Origin: Planctomycetota bacterium
Lineage (GTDB): Bacteria > Planctomycetota > Phycisphaerae > WQYP01
DNA: 42,063 bases
Direction of reading: 5' to 3'
NCBI GenBank assembly: GCA_048498455.1
Contig: JBEHXY010000002.1
Coordinates: forward strand, 1-42,063
A model generated the notes under the pieces. It searched no databases. It was given only the letters and a program-made list of their open reading frames with translations, and was not told the DNA's origin. Shown piece after piece: positions 41,869 through 42,063 of the stretch. The position numbers and the translations under genes were made by a program. Every line of letters starts with the position of its first letter. The first letter of the stretch is position 1.

Positions 41869-42063
41869 TCAATGCACCCGCTGCCCCGCCTTCGCCCCGC
41901 TGTCCGGCGACAGCACAAACACCTCCGCCCCGCCCGGTCCCGCCGCACAAATCATCCCCTCGCTCGTCCCGAACTTCCCCATCGTCCGCGGCGCCAGGTT
42001 CGCACAGAAAATCACCAGCCTATTCACCAATCGCTCCGGCGTGTACGCCTTCTTGATCCCCGC
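41869..42063 (-). CDS. metG: methionine--tRNA ligase, C-terminal tRNA-binding domain (3' end only; gene continues beyond the window)
   Basis: Not in the ORF track because no start lies in the window. My reverse-strand translation of 42063..41872 is [64 protein letters not shown], then TGA at 41869-41871. It matches the conserved MetRS C-terminal pattern (VANLAPRKM.FG.SEGM..AAGPGG...L..PD.GA.PG..V). Confidence 0.8.
   Translation of the reverse strand, partial: AGIKKAYTPERLVNRLVIFCANLAPRTMGKFGTSEGMICAAGPGGAEVFVLSPDSGAKAGQRVH

Overview
High-GC bacterial chromosomal window. Gene content and sequence style fit a PVC-group (Verrucomicrobiota/Opitutales-like) genome, but that taxonomic call is inference. 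I support 29 protein-coding genes and see no rRNA, tRNA, CRISPR array, transposase or integrase. Gene order, left to right: (i) a hypothetical membrane protein, convergent with a small minus-strand operon encoding a wHTH regulator and two paralogous 3-TM mini-proteins. (ii) A roughly 2150-aa soluble poly-HAMP/GAF hybrid histidine kinase, followed by a REC-GAF-HK-REC hybrid kinase. (iii) A seven-gene plus-strand glycoside hydrolase cluster: GH2, CBM9-like/PKD, GH2, NAGPA-like phosphodiester glycosidase, GH31 with PA14, GH3, GH28. (iv) A stand-alone tRNA-binding-domain protein, an AI-2E transporter and recN. (v) A SAM methyltransferase plus FAD oxidoreductase pair. (vi) A second phosphorelay cluster: CHASE3-like HK, single-domain REC, REC-PAS-HK-REC. 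(vii) A minus-strand string: metG 3' end, Gfo/Idh/MocA oxidoreductase, HlyD-type adaptor translationally coupled to an APC permease, FucU-like mutarotase, DUF1015. The most unusual signals are not single genes. First, a very strong strand compositional asymmetry changes sign inside the window (G-rich + strand on the left, C-rich on the right). It is carried by codon third positions regardless of transcription direction, which is the signature of a replication terminus. Second, a family of 7-8 bp micro-tandem repeats sits in the short intergenic gaps of the right-hand genes. Third, a shared GRGGR/APAT low-complexity insertion occurs in four glycoside hydrolases from three different families. 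Fourth, an 11-unit, 276-bp-period HAMP array closely resembles the fungal Nik1/Os-1 repeat. All coordinates and motifs were read by hand, and no database search was possible.
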